IMG/VR virus record: IMGVR_UViG_3300003886_000028
Coordinates: 1-57,143 of that record
Length of the DNA: 57,143 bases
Strand: one strand, 5' to 3'
Origin: a virus
Taxonomy: Duplodnaviria; Caudoviricetes
The notes below the pieces were generated by a model. That model had not been told where the DNA came from. It saw nothing but the letters and a program-made list of their open reading frames with translations, and did no database searches. The position numbers and the translations under genes are program-made. Positions 1 through 10,000 of this stretch are shown here, in pieces (the stretch's first letter is position 1; each line of letters opens with the position of its first letter).

Positions 1-109
1 CACCATGCTCCCTGCTGCCCCGCAAATAACTATTGCATGCGACGACTTGTGTTCAGCGGTTGTACTTGCGGCGCGGCAACTGTCGCACGACGTCAAACGG
101 AACCTAGCA

Positions 110-280
110 ATGACTGAGGGCCAGCAGAAAACTCAACTAACGCAGGAAATACTAATCCACTCAGCAACGTGGTGGATGACGGACGCCGAAAAGATGAGGA
201 CGAGGCGAAACGACCCTTGCCCGTGCGGCTCCGGTCGCAAGTTCAAGAAATGCTGCATCACCGGCATGCGTAGCCGCTGA
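110..280 (+). CDS. small SEC-C (SecA C-terminal zinc-binding) motif protein
   Basis: RNDPCPCGSGRKFKKCC is the canonical SEC-C motif; start uncertain (ATG 5 or ATG 110). Confidence 0.7.
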   Translation: MTEGQQKTQLTQEILIHSATWWMTDAEKMRTRRNDPCPCGSGRKFKKCCITGMRSR

Positions 281-301
281 CTATAACTGACAGGAACCTA
301 T

Positions 302-751
302 ATGAACATTACAAAATCACAAGTAGAGCGAGTGCTGCTGTCAAAAATCAAGGGACTTGACCCAATAGCGGTATTTCTGATTGATCATAGCAAGGAACAA
401 GGTTCGATAATCATCACCTGTTGCGGCCAAGCGTGGACGGCGTTCTGGGCTGCTATGGGTAAAAGAAATGTTGCAGATTTCGTGCTGTCTTGCGACAAAT
501 ACTATTTAGCGGGCAGCCTGTCGTCTGTCAGTTCCACGGCAATTGACTACGACCGAATCGGCCGCAAGATCGGCCATGACGTTGAAATCACGACGATGGC
601 CTACTTCGATGCAGAACTAGTGGATGCCTACGGCCCTGACTGGCGTATGGATATACCAACGAAGCCAAATCACGAATACGAATATCTGTGTCGGATTATT
701 TTGGCCGTTCAACAAGGACTGGTCACTGTCCTACAACAACAGGAGCGGTGA
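302..751 (+). CDS. conserved hypothetical phage protein
   Basis: AGGA RBS; 149 aa ORF with IIITCCGQAWTAFW and YEYLCRII motifs typical of phage accessory proteins. Confidence 0.7.
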   Translation: MNITKSQVERVLLSKIKGLDPIAVFLIDHSKEQGSIIITCCGQAWTAFWAAMGKRNVADFVLSCDKYYLAGSLSSVSSTAIDYDRIGRKIGHDVEITTMAYFDAELVDAYGPDWRMDIPTKPNHEYEYLCRIILAVQQGLVTVLQQQER

Positions 752-960
752 TTTTGGAGATGACTGGAAGGACTTGGCCGCTATGGTGAAACTCCGGACG
801 CGAACACTCACGGATAGACGGGGAACCTCGCTACATAGGTGCCGAGCAGCAGTAGACCTGATCGCGCGACTAGGGCCGCACACGAGCGGCGGGAAGCCGG
901 CAGAGCGCCAATCTCCGAACCAGTCATCTTTAAAGCCACTGATCACAACGACAAGGTCTA

Positions 961-1041
961 CCCGCCGCAGTTCTCAAGTAAGGTTTCCAGCGAATTGGCA
1001 GAAAATAGCCAGTTCGCGGGGTGCTACCACACCCACGCCCA
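961..1041 (+). repeat. diverged direct copy of 1737..1817 (internal part of the DHH gene)
   Basis: 81-nt ungapped alignment, 12 mismatches counted by eye. Confidence 0.9.
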
Positions 1042-1128
1042 ATCCAGCGCCTGATCGCGAGAAAACTGGTTATAACCGCCAGCCGCAAAATTGTGGCGCA
1101 CCATCAACTTTTCTAAGGAAAATACCCA

Positions 1129-1944
1129 ATGAACAAACCCTTATGCATTTATCACGGCGGATGCGATGACGGCTTCGCCAGCGCCTATGCGGTCCACCTT
1201 GCGTATAGCAAGGGCGTTGACTTTCACTACGGAATTTATCAGCAAGAACCACCAGATTGCACGGGGCGGGAAGTTTTTCTGGTGGACTTCAGTTACAAGC
1301 GCGATGTGATGGAAAAAATCATCGCGGTAGCGGACCGGGTCACAGTGTTGGATCACCACAAATCCGCTGAGGCCGAACTCACTCCGCTGCTGGAGTCTGG
1401 AAAACTCGATGGCAGGTTCGATATGACGCGGTGCGGCGCCGTAATAACATGGAACTACTTCTCGGTGAACTCTACCCCAATGCCGTGGTTATTCGAATAC
1501 ATTCAGGACCGTGACCTTTGGCGCAAACAACTGCCGGACTGCGACCAGATCATCATGGCTCTACGTTCATATCCGCATGATTTTAAGATTTGGGGGTCAA
1601 TTATTGCAAAGGGTCGAGACGCACTGCACAAAGAGGGAGTATCCATATATCGGTATTATCGACAGATTGTAGACAACCTCAAGGAGACCGCGATTCGACA
1701 GAGAATAGGCGGCATTGAGGTTCCTGTCGTCAATTGCCCGCCGCAGTTCTCAAGTGAGATTGCCGGCGAACTGGCAGAAAATAGACAATTCGCAGCCTGC
1801 TACCGTACCCACGCCCACGGCACAACCTATTCGTTGCGATCGCGGAAAGGAGGTTTAGACGTGTCGGCGATTGCCAAACAGTACGGCGGTGGGGGGCATG
1901 CAAATGCGGCGGGGTTCACGACAGAGAAACCGCTGCTGCCCTAA
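1129..1944 (+). CDS. DHH/DHHA1-family phosphoesterase
   Basis: YHGGCDDG, LVDF, LDHH, DRDLW, SLRS and GGGHANAAG motifs; AAGGA RBS. Confidence 0.9.
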   Translation: MNKPLCIYHGGCDDGFASAYAVHLAYSKGVDFHYGIYQQEPPDCTGREVFLVDFSYKRDVMEKIIAVADRVTVLDHHKSAEAELTPLLESGKLDGRFDMTRCGAVITWNYFSVNSTPMPWLFEYIQDRDLWRKQLPDCDQIIMALRSYPHDFKIWGSIIAKGRDALHKEGVSIYRYYRQIVDNLKETAIRQRIGGIEVPVVNCPPQFSSEIAGELAENRQFAACYRTHAHGTTYSLRSRKGGLDVSAIAKQYGGGGHANAAGFTTEKPLLP

Positions 1945-1946
1945 GA

Positions 1947-1983
1947 AAAAGGCGCGGTAGCTTTTGCGGCTACCGCGCCTTTT
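1947..1983. terminator. bidirectional intrinsic terminator
   Basis: AAAAGGCGCGGTAGC-TTTTGCG-GCTACCGCGCCTTTT perfect stem with A/T tails between convergent genes. Confidence 0.9.
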
Positions 1984-2012
1984 GGCGCACGAGTGTCATT
2001 TCCGTGAGTTGA

Positions 2013-2432
2013 TTACGGTGTGGCAATCTCGGCGCTATCGCGGGGAGGCCCATCAGTCGGACTGTCCGGGTTTACTGTTCCACCGCCGATCCCACCGCCT
2101 GCTCCGGGTTCTGGGATTTCGACCTCACCACCAACACCGCCGGGGTGGTCGACCGTATCGGGTGCATTTCCACCATCAGATTCCAGCTGATCCCCACGCG
2201 CCAGCAATTCATCAACTTCAGAATTAACGCGATCTTTTAGATCATCAAAGTCCAGTTCACCCTCACCCAGCATGTAAGCAGCAACAGCCTGCATATGCGC
2301 GTCTACGTCCTGCCGGTTCTTCTTCAGAAACACACCTCGCCGTACATAATCAGCGGCTCGCTCATTGTCCTGAGACTCGAAGAACCTTAGTGCAAACCCG
2401 AGGAATAGATCAATAATCAATGTTTTTCGCAT
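2013..2432 (-). CDS. hypothetical protein at end of lysis cassette (acidic Gly/Pro-rich tail)
   Basis: AGGAG RBS; follows the lipoprotein gene. Confidence 0.7.
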   Translation of the reverse strand: MRKTLIIDLFLGFALRFFESQDNERAADYVRRGVFLKKNRQDVDAHMQAVAAYMLGEGELDFDDLKDRVNSEVDELLARGDQLESDGGNAPDTVDHPGGVGGEVEIPEPGAGGGIGGGTVNPDSPTDGPPRDSAEIATP

Positions 2433-2457
2433 GATACTTCAGCTCCTATGAATGAGG

Positions 2458-3135
2458 TTACGACACTGCAACGGTTTGGCAGTATGTGATGGCCCGCGGC
2501 GATTCGGTCATGAGAGCGGCATCCATACAGGCATTGTATTGGCTTGACCCACCGACAGCCTTGATCGCATCCACCAGCCGCGAGATAGCCACAGCGGCTT
2601 CAGACAGTGCTGCGGCGAGCGTTGCCTCGTTTTCTGCGGAGCGAACCGCCCTGTAAGCGCTGCCGGCATCAATTAACGAGACCACTAACGGCCGGGTTTC
2701 CAGCGCTATTCTCTGCAGGCTGCGAAGGTTTGCCGGACTCAGCTTGCCCTCATCGTCGAGCCGGTTAATGCCTCGAACCTCAGCGAAGTAATGCTCGCCA
2801 ACCACGTAGGAGGTTTCCGCCAGTCCATCAGCAGCTTTGTAGGCAGCACGGGTACCGGAGCAACCGGAGAGTACAAGAGCGCCGAGAATCAACGCGATTA
2901 CGCCAATGAAAGCCGGTGAGTTCGTGTCGGTGCCTGTACCTGGCAACGCTTTAATGCCGGCGTCAGACTTAAACAGGATACCGGCGGAAACAATCAGGGC
3001 GCCCGTAAAGAGTTCTCCCAACATTTCGGGGGCGGTGGCCATCAGGTCGGGCAGGAAGTACGAGGCCAGCCACAACAGTGCGACCGAGACAAAGGTCGCG
3101 AGTGCACTGATTTGTACGTTGGTTTGTCCGTTCAT
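2458..3135 (-). CDS. membrane protein: holin-like TMs plus internal lipobox (possible holin/spanin-type lipoprotein)
   Basis: three hydrophobic segments, the third ending in LVLSG-C; directly downstream of endolysin. Confidence 0.6.
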   Translation of the reverse strand: MNGQTNVQISALATFVSVALLWLASYFLPDLMATAPEMLGELFTGALIVSAGILFKSDAGIKALPGTGTDTNSPAFIGVIALILGALVLSGCSGTRAAYKAADGLAETSYVVGEHYFAEVRGINRLDDEGKLSPANLRSLQRIALETRPLVVSLIDAGSAYRAVRSAENEATLAAALSEAAVAISRLVDAIKAVGGSSQYNACMDAALMTESPRAITYCQTVAVS

Positions 3136-3196
3136 AAACTTTCTCCACCAAATGAATGAATTTGTTTGGGTGCGGTGATTTTACATGGAAATCGGA

Positions 3197-3787
3197 TTAA
3201 TTCACCTTTTCGGTGTGTCGCGCCTCGATACGATCCGCCATTGAGTCGATAAATTTGGCGGCTCGATTGTTCCAACCCCCGGCCCAGCGGGCCTGAAGAT
3301 TGAAGCCGGCGCGACGCGCCTTGGCCAGTTCAGGGTCGCGCCCAATCAAGCGCCCGAAGAGTCGTATCCGAAACGATATCACCCGCAAGTAGAGCTCGCG
3401 GGGGTCTGCGGAGTTGACAAACTCAATCGTGATGTCACCGATAATCCCGTCTTGCCGAGTCCCGACGGACCGCTGCAACCACTTCGTCGCTGCCCTGGGT
3501 CCGTGGTGAACCCCAGCATCAACGACGAGCTCACGCAGGTATGGACAGGCGATGAGTTCAAATTTTGGTTTGATGATGTATTTTCGGCGGTAGAAACTGC
3601 GCGCTTGTGACTCAGTGATTGCCTGCACATCGCGGGCGGTAGCGCCGGGGTCGTTGATGTGTTCCCGCCAGGCCTTTAGTGTAATTCCACCCTTGGTGGG
3701 GCCTCCTCGATCGGCGGGATCGTTAGTGTATTTGGGCCAGCCCTCACGCCGGAGTATGCCGGAGACAATTTTCACTTCAAGCGTCAT
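3197..3787 (-). CDS. endolysin, glycoside hydrolase family 108 with PG-binding domain
   Basis: REGWPKYTNDPADRGGPTKGGIT; DAGVHHG, LQRSVG, DGIIG, GWNNR. Confidence 0.9.
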   Translation of the reverse strand: MTLEVKIVSGILRREGWPKYTNDPADRGGPTKGGITLKAWREHINDPGATARDVQAITESQARSFYRRKYIIKPKFELIACPYLRELVVDAGVHHGPRAATKWLQRSVGTRQDGIIGDITIEFVNSADPRELYLRVISFRIRLFGRLIGRDPELAKARRAGFNLQARWAGGWNNRAAKFIDSMADRIEARHTEKVN

Positions 3788-3830
3788 ACGGGGAGCCTTC
3801 TGTTATTGGCTTGAGGTATGCTCATGCGCC

Positions 3831-4031
3831 ATGACAATTATGTCCATAATAGCAGTAACGTTTATCTCGTGGCTGCTGCTGTTTTTAATGCTGGCGCTGT
3901 TCGACACATTCGTCTACGGCTACAAAAGTCCCATTCACTGGTGGTACTGCTGCATCGACAAAGACCCCAGGTCGGGTATCTGGTACTACGGGAGTTTGCC
4001 AGCGGCGCGACGGAGAGTTCGACGGCGGTAA
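3831..4031 (+). CDS. small single-TM protein, antisense to the late operon
   Basis: 66 aa, hydrophobic N-terminus and Arg-rich C-terminus; fills the gap between endolysin and the giant protein gene. Confidence 0.5.
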   Translation: MTIMSIIAVTFISWLLLFLMLALFDTFVYGYKSPIHWWYCCIDKDPRSGIWYYGSLPAARRRVRRR

Positions 4032-4033
4032 CG

Positions 4034-7000
4034 CTACTGGTCGTTGACTCGCTCGTTGTAGAGCCGGTTAAACTGATTCATCGTGTCCTTGATCTCGTCC
4101 CCAATATTGCTGATCTGGCGTTTCTTTTCTGCGTCTGACAGATCCGATTCGTCAATTCTATTACGCTCTTTGCGCTGTTTCATGAGGTAGCTATCGGATT
4201 TGCGACGTTCCCCAATCAGGGAATATTCGCCCCATCGAGCTTCCTTTAGTTCTAATTCAGCGTCGATGTTTTTGGTCTCGATGTAGTGTTTTGCTTCTTT
4301 TTCGGTGATACGGACCGCATCGGCATTACGGTAGTACTCCTGGTACAGCGTACCGAGGCCGGGCTGGCCATAGAGTTTACGAAGCAGCGGAATCTCGTAG
4401 GTCTCAATCTCATCGCCTTTGAGGGCCTTGATTGGCGTGGACACCGTGTCTGCGATGAATCGGCCCGCACCACCGGTGACGTTATCGATGATCAGGTCGA
4501 TCATTTCCGGGTTGATATCCACGGTGCCGCTGCGGAATTCATTACCGCCAGTCAATTCATTGAGTTTTTCGGCGACCCACCGCGACGGCTCGCGAACGCT
4601 ATTCCAGTATTGCTGTGATTCCGGGGCATCGACATCGAAAGGATTGCCCTCGGGGCGCAGCGGGCGTCCGGCCCAGTCTTTGTTCTCGCCCCACTGAACG
4701 ATTGGGTCCGTGATTGTGGGTGAAATGATTTGCCCCAGCGAGGCATCACCACCGATCGGATTGAAAGAACCGGCCACCGATGCGGCCACTCGAAGCGCGC
4801 CAGCGCTGGCCTTAAAGTTCTTTTTGGTCGCAGCCTCACCTGTGACCTGCCCCATGACGTGGAACACGTTGTAGCCCCAGGGCAGCGGTATCTTGACGTA
4901 ATCACCCTTGCCGCCTGGTAGCATGAAAATGAGGTTTCGCTCCTTTACGTGGTCCGGAATCTTGTCGTAGCGATTCTTGCCGTCCTCATCGTCTCCACCC
5001 ATTGCTCGATTCATGATGTCTAGGAATGTGGCGAAAACAATTGTGGCACCAATCAACACTCGTACCTTCGGGCTTTTAGCAGCGCCCACAATGATCCGGG
5101 CCGAGCCTTGAATGCTGGCGTTATAAAACAGCCACAGCGCGTTCATTATCTGCCCGTAATCGCCTTTGCGGTTGAAGTTGACGGTCAGTTCTTTGGCGAG
5201 CCTCGCCGACTTGCCCACGCTGATGCCTGCCCGACGCGCATGAACGAAGGCCGACAGCCGAACCGCATTCTCGACAGCCGTGTTCTCGTTCTCAATAAAC
5301 TCAAACAGGGCGCGCACCGATCGCTTCACCTTCAGCAGCGGCACGTCTCCTCGCAATTCTTCAACCCTATTGCGCAGCCGATCCTCTTTCTGGGAGATAT
5401 CGCCGTACAGGCCGAGCCATCCGGTTTGAGCGCCCGCTTTTCGGAACTCGTCAAATTCCTTGGCCCACGGATGATCTTTTTGGCTCTGAAACGCCCGAAT
5501 ACCACGCCACGCCTTACCGACGTCCTTGATGATGGTCCATTTCAGACTATCCACTTCCGTGGACGACAGGTTATATCCCGCGGTCTGTATGTCGCGGAGA
5601 AAGTTTGAAATTATGAATTCGGGGTTGTAGCCGGTGTTGATTGCGGCCAGATACCGCATGACCCGCGTCAACACGTTTATGATCGGTCCGGAGTTGTTGG
5701 CGCCCAGACTCTTCATTGCATGGGCAATGCGCATAGCCTCGTGGCTGCGCTGGTTAAACGTGACCGTGTGATCTTTGCCGGCAACCTTGACGACCAGTAC
5801 GTTATCGGCGAACTGGAACCCGCGGTGCGGTTTGTAAACCACCAATCCCTCGGCATCAAAGGTTGCTTTGAATTCGACCTTATCGACCGCGTACAACTCC
5901 TCGTTGGGATTGTTCTGGGCAAACCTCAGCATAGCCTGTGCCACTTTATTCTTCTCGGCCCGGATCAGGGTTGCCTCATGCTGGGCAGTGAGGTGCGACA
6001 GAATGCTGACTACCTCACGCTTAGAGCCTGCGCGGCGCTTTTGACGGCCCGTGACAGAGAATCCCTTGCCACGCTGTGGCGGGGTGTCTCCGAAGCCCTC
6101 ACGTTGCAATGGCACATAAAATTCGTAGGTCGATTCCCACTTTGCCACGGTTTTGGCCGTTTCCAGGCCAGATTCCACCAGCAGCTTGCGCTGGCTCGCA
6201 GTAATAGCATCGGTTAGTGCGGCAATCTCCTCAAGTTTTTGCAGATCACCCGACGCTTCGAAGTCGGCGATAATCGTGGATGCCGCCTCATTGGTCATGC
6301 CGCTCAGTCCATCGTTATCCTTTAGCCCGCGCGATTTATCGCCATCTTCACCAATATTGAGGTCTTTTTGCGGATCGATGGGATTGATGCGTTTGAGTTG
6401 GGCATTGGCTTCTGGGGCATGGCGGGCATGCAGATACGATTCGACATCCTCAATGTCGAGGCCTGATTCGCTGATTTTCTCCACCAACGGGTCAACGTGA
6501 TCGCGCTGAAAGTCCTCGATCGCCGCGCCAGCCATACCGTGGTATCGCAGTTCTGACAGATAAGCGTCTTCGGGTTCGGCAAGCTCTTCGAGTCCCCTCT
6601 CTTTTGCCGCCGTCTTCTGGGCCTTGTACAGATAATTGAATTTGTCCTGGAAGCGGAATATTGCCTCGGACAGGAACAGATTTGATTGTCGGTCTGGGGT
6701 TGGCTCAGGGGCCGTCTCCACAGACTTGCGTGGGCGATTCGGATTAAAGTCGCCGGGTTGAAGTGCTAGGCGACCTTCGGGAGAATTATCTTCTCTATAC
6801 TTGACAAGGTCTTTCCGAGTCAATACCTTGTCCCTGTAGCCCTTGACCTCCTGCAGCCCAGGCAATCGCAGCCCGGAACGTCCAGATAGGTCAAGGGTTT
6901 TTCTTTGGTCAATATATCGTAACAGTCCGTCCTCCACCCACCGTTTTAGAGGTGATTTTCGACCATCTTCGTACACGCTAACAATTAAGGTGGTACCACC

Positions 7001-10000
7001 GTTTGGTCGAGGCGCAGCAATTATACGAACAAGAGACTCGCCGACTGGGTCGGGTGCTATAAAAACTAACCGCCCAGGTTGAGTCTCAGATTCAAATACC
7101 AAGGTAGGGTTCTCCAGCCAGTTTGGTACTTTTTTCCAGTCTTCCGCAGTCAACCGATGATTAAACCTGCTGGCCGATACCTTACTCTCCACAAGGAAAA
7201 CGGGACCATCATCAATCCCGTGCATTGCCAAAACATCGCTGCGATCAAGTATTCGAACTCCAGTTGGGTCGGGTTTTTCCCCGGCAAATAGTTCATCAAT
7301 TCTGGACTCATAGATGCGGCGTGTATCGGCCAGTAAAGTTAACCTTTGACGCTTCTCATTAGCCGCCACTCCATCCCTCCGCCCCACCTCACCTCGATCG
7401 ATGCGCCGGAAGATATCGCCCGCACTCTGGAATCCAGCGCCGCGCAGCGCATTGCCGAGGGCTTCCAGAAATTCGCTAATTCTCTGGAAGGCGGTTTTCA
7501 GGAAACCCCTGGCTTGTTTCTGGCTCGTCGACCAGTCGGCGTGCAAGTCCGCGATCGCCTCTTCAACCAGCTGTTGCTCGGTGAGGTTGCGGCCGCTGTA
7601 CCGCTGGCGCACGCTATCCATGCGATCCTCCGCGGCACGCGCCAGCGCGGTCCATTCCGCGGTCCGGATCACCCCGATGTCTCGCAGGGCGTGAATAACC
7701 TCATGATCCATGACCCATGCCTTGTTCGGGGCATCAGCAGCCACCTCGATCAGGCGACCCAGATAACGGCCCTGTGCGCCAGACATGGCTGAACCAGCAC
7801 TGTTGCGAATCTCGTCAACCAGTTTGACCGCGACACGATCCGTGATACCCACCTTATCGAGCCGGGCCTTGAGGTCGGACTCAATCGCATCCGCTTTGCC
7901 GGCGACACCTGGCTGAAGCGTGAACAGCGGTAGCCCGAGGAGGGCTTGTTCGCGCATCGCGGGGGTGATTTGAATGGAGTGTACATCGATGCTTTCACGG
8001 CCAGCATCAACCCTGCGCTCGATGTATTGAGTAGCCTCAACATGGCTTTCAAACGGCCCTTGACGGGGCGTGTTCAGGCTTTCTACCCACCAGTTGTTAC
8101 CATCTTTAACGACTTCATATATTGCGCCCTCGCCAATACCAATAGATTCCACCTTAACGGCTCTATCCAGCTTTTTGGTGACTTTGCTGAACAGGTTTCG
8201 CAGCGTGCGATCGTAGAACCCCTTCATACCTTCGCCGCCAACCCTGAGGTCGAGGCCTGAGAGTCGCCGCCATGTCTTTTCGTCCGCTCGCGGAGACGGA
8301 GCGCCCTCACCGTTAATTATTTTCTCGGCAACATCCTTACCAACGATGTCTTCAAGTTCTTCGGGCTTTACGGCCTTACGATCAAAGACAATGTTGCCAC
8401 CGCGGTCTCTGGCGATAACAGCGTAGTTCGAGCCGTTTGGCTCAAAATCGATGTATTCCAGCCGTTTCGAGAGGTCGTATCGGTCTGCCTGCTGCTCCCC
8501 CGTGGTCCATGCCACCTGGTCGTAGCCACCCTCGGCCGCCATGCGAATCACCCGCTTGATTGCCAGTTCAACCCAAGCGTTGCCTTTGAATGGGGCGTCG
8601 GGGACCATTTCGTTCTTACCAATCCGAACATGGCGTGCGTCCGAATTCATCTCTTCCAGATAGGATAGTTGCTGAGCTGGACCCATGGCCGCCCAGTCCA
8701 CATCGGTAATGCCAAAGAACCTCTTGGCATCATCAGGTGTGAGTGGTTTATCAGATCGATATCCTTTGCGACGACCCGTTTGATGCCAGTCGCTCTGCAG
8801 TTCTTCGATGAATAGCACCTTCTCACCGTTCGGGCCGGAGCGATCGTTCAGGCGTACATGGGCGAGTACGTTGGCAGTATCGAAGTGGCCATCAATAAAA
8901 ACCCCGGCATCACGAGAGGCCAAGGGACTGCCAGGGGAGTTTGGATCAATATCCTCGCGCCGCGGCAATGTGAGTAGGACTTCGCGATAGTTCTCACCAC
9001 CTGGCAAAACGTGGTCTTGGTATTTGGTGGTTGTAAAATCGTCCGACATTTGTCGGCCAATCGCCTGTTTCAGACTTTTCGGTAAGTCGTCAAATTCAAT
9101 CTCATTGCCCTCTGGGTCCAGGTAGAGAGCCACTTCAGCATCGCTGTTGTCTAGTGTGTAACCTTCCCGGGCGAATATTTCCACCAATCCAGCGTTGCTG
9201 CTTTGCAACGTAACGTCTTCGACGCGCACCCCGTTGCCGGCGAGATATTCCACAATTTCGGCCTTGGTTACCGCACCTTCTTGGGTTGCGAGCCATTCCT
9301 CAATGCCGGTCCACTGAATTTCCTCGGCCTTCACACCGGGCTGCTTTTTCAGCATTGCCAGCATTTGATCGGGTTGGCCCTTCGCCTGTTTCAAGCCTTC
9401 CGCGGCGCGCGCCAGCGATGAGAAGTACCACGGCGCGTCGTCACGCAGCGAAAACATTTCAACGCCTGTGGCGGTCTCGCGGGACTCAATGGTCTCGAAC
9501 AAGTGATCGAAGGCAGCGCGGATCACCGGGATCTCAGCGGGCGTCGGGTAGGGATAGCCCGCCGCCTCTCCGGTGTTCTGGAATCCCATGCTCAGCGCGG
9601 CCTCGGCTTTCCAGTACTGCTCAGAGACGATATTCGCGAGGTAATCGTTCGAGGCGCCCTGGTCTTGCAGTTTGGCGATGATGTAGCTCTCAAACGCCCG
9701 GGCCGTCATTTCCCGGCCGGTTGACCAATACGCGTTGGTGCGGCGTTTATCAATCGACTCCGAGCGCTGTTTCAGGCTGGTCTGACTGATCGCCTGGACC
9801 ACGCCGTCAAAGGCTTCCACCACCTCGGGTCGGACGCCCTCACCGCGCTGTACCGCGTCTTCGCTGAGGAAACCATCGTTCTGCCCCCGGTTGCGGGAGA
9901 AGTAGTTGTCCATTGAGTGTAGCCACTCGTGCGCCAGCGAGCCCGATCCGGAGCGCTTGGTCAGATTGATGACCACCGTATCGGCTTCGAAGTGTGCTGC

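Noticed and set aside
961-1817. DGR template/variable repeat pair
   Set aside because: Mismatches are not confined to adenines of one copy, the match is not at the gene's 3' end, and no RT is present.
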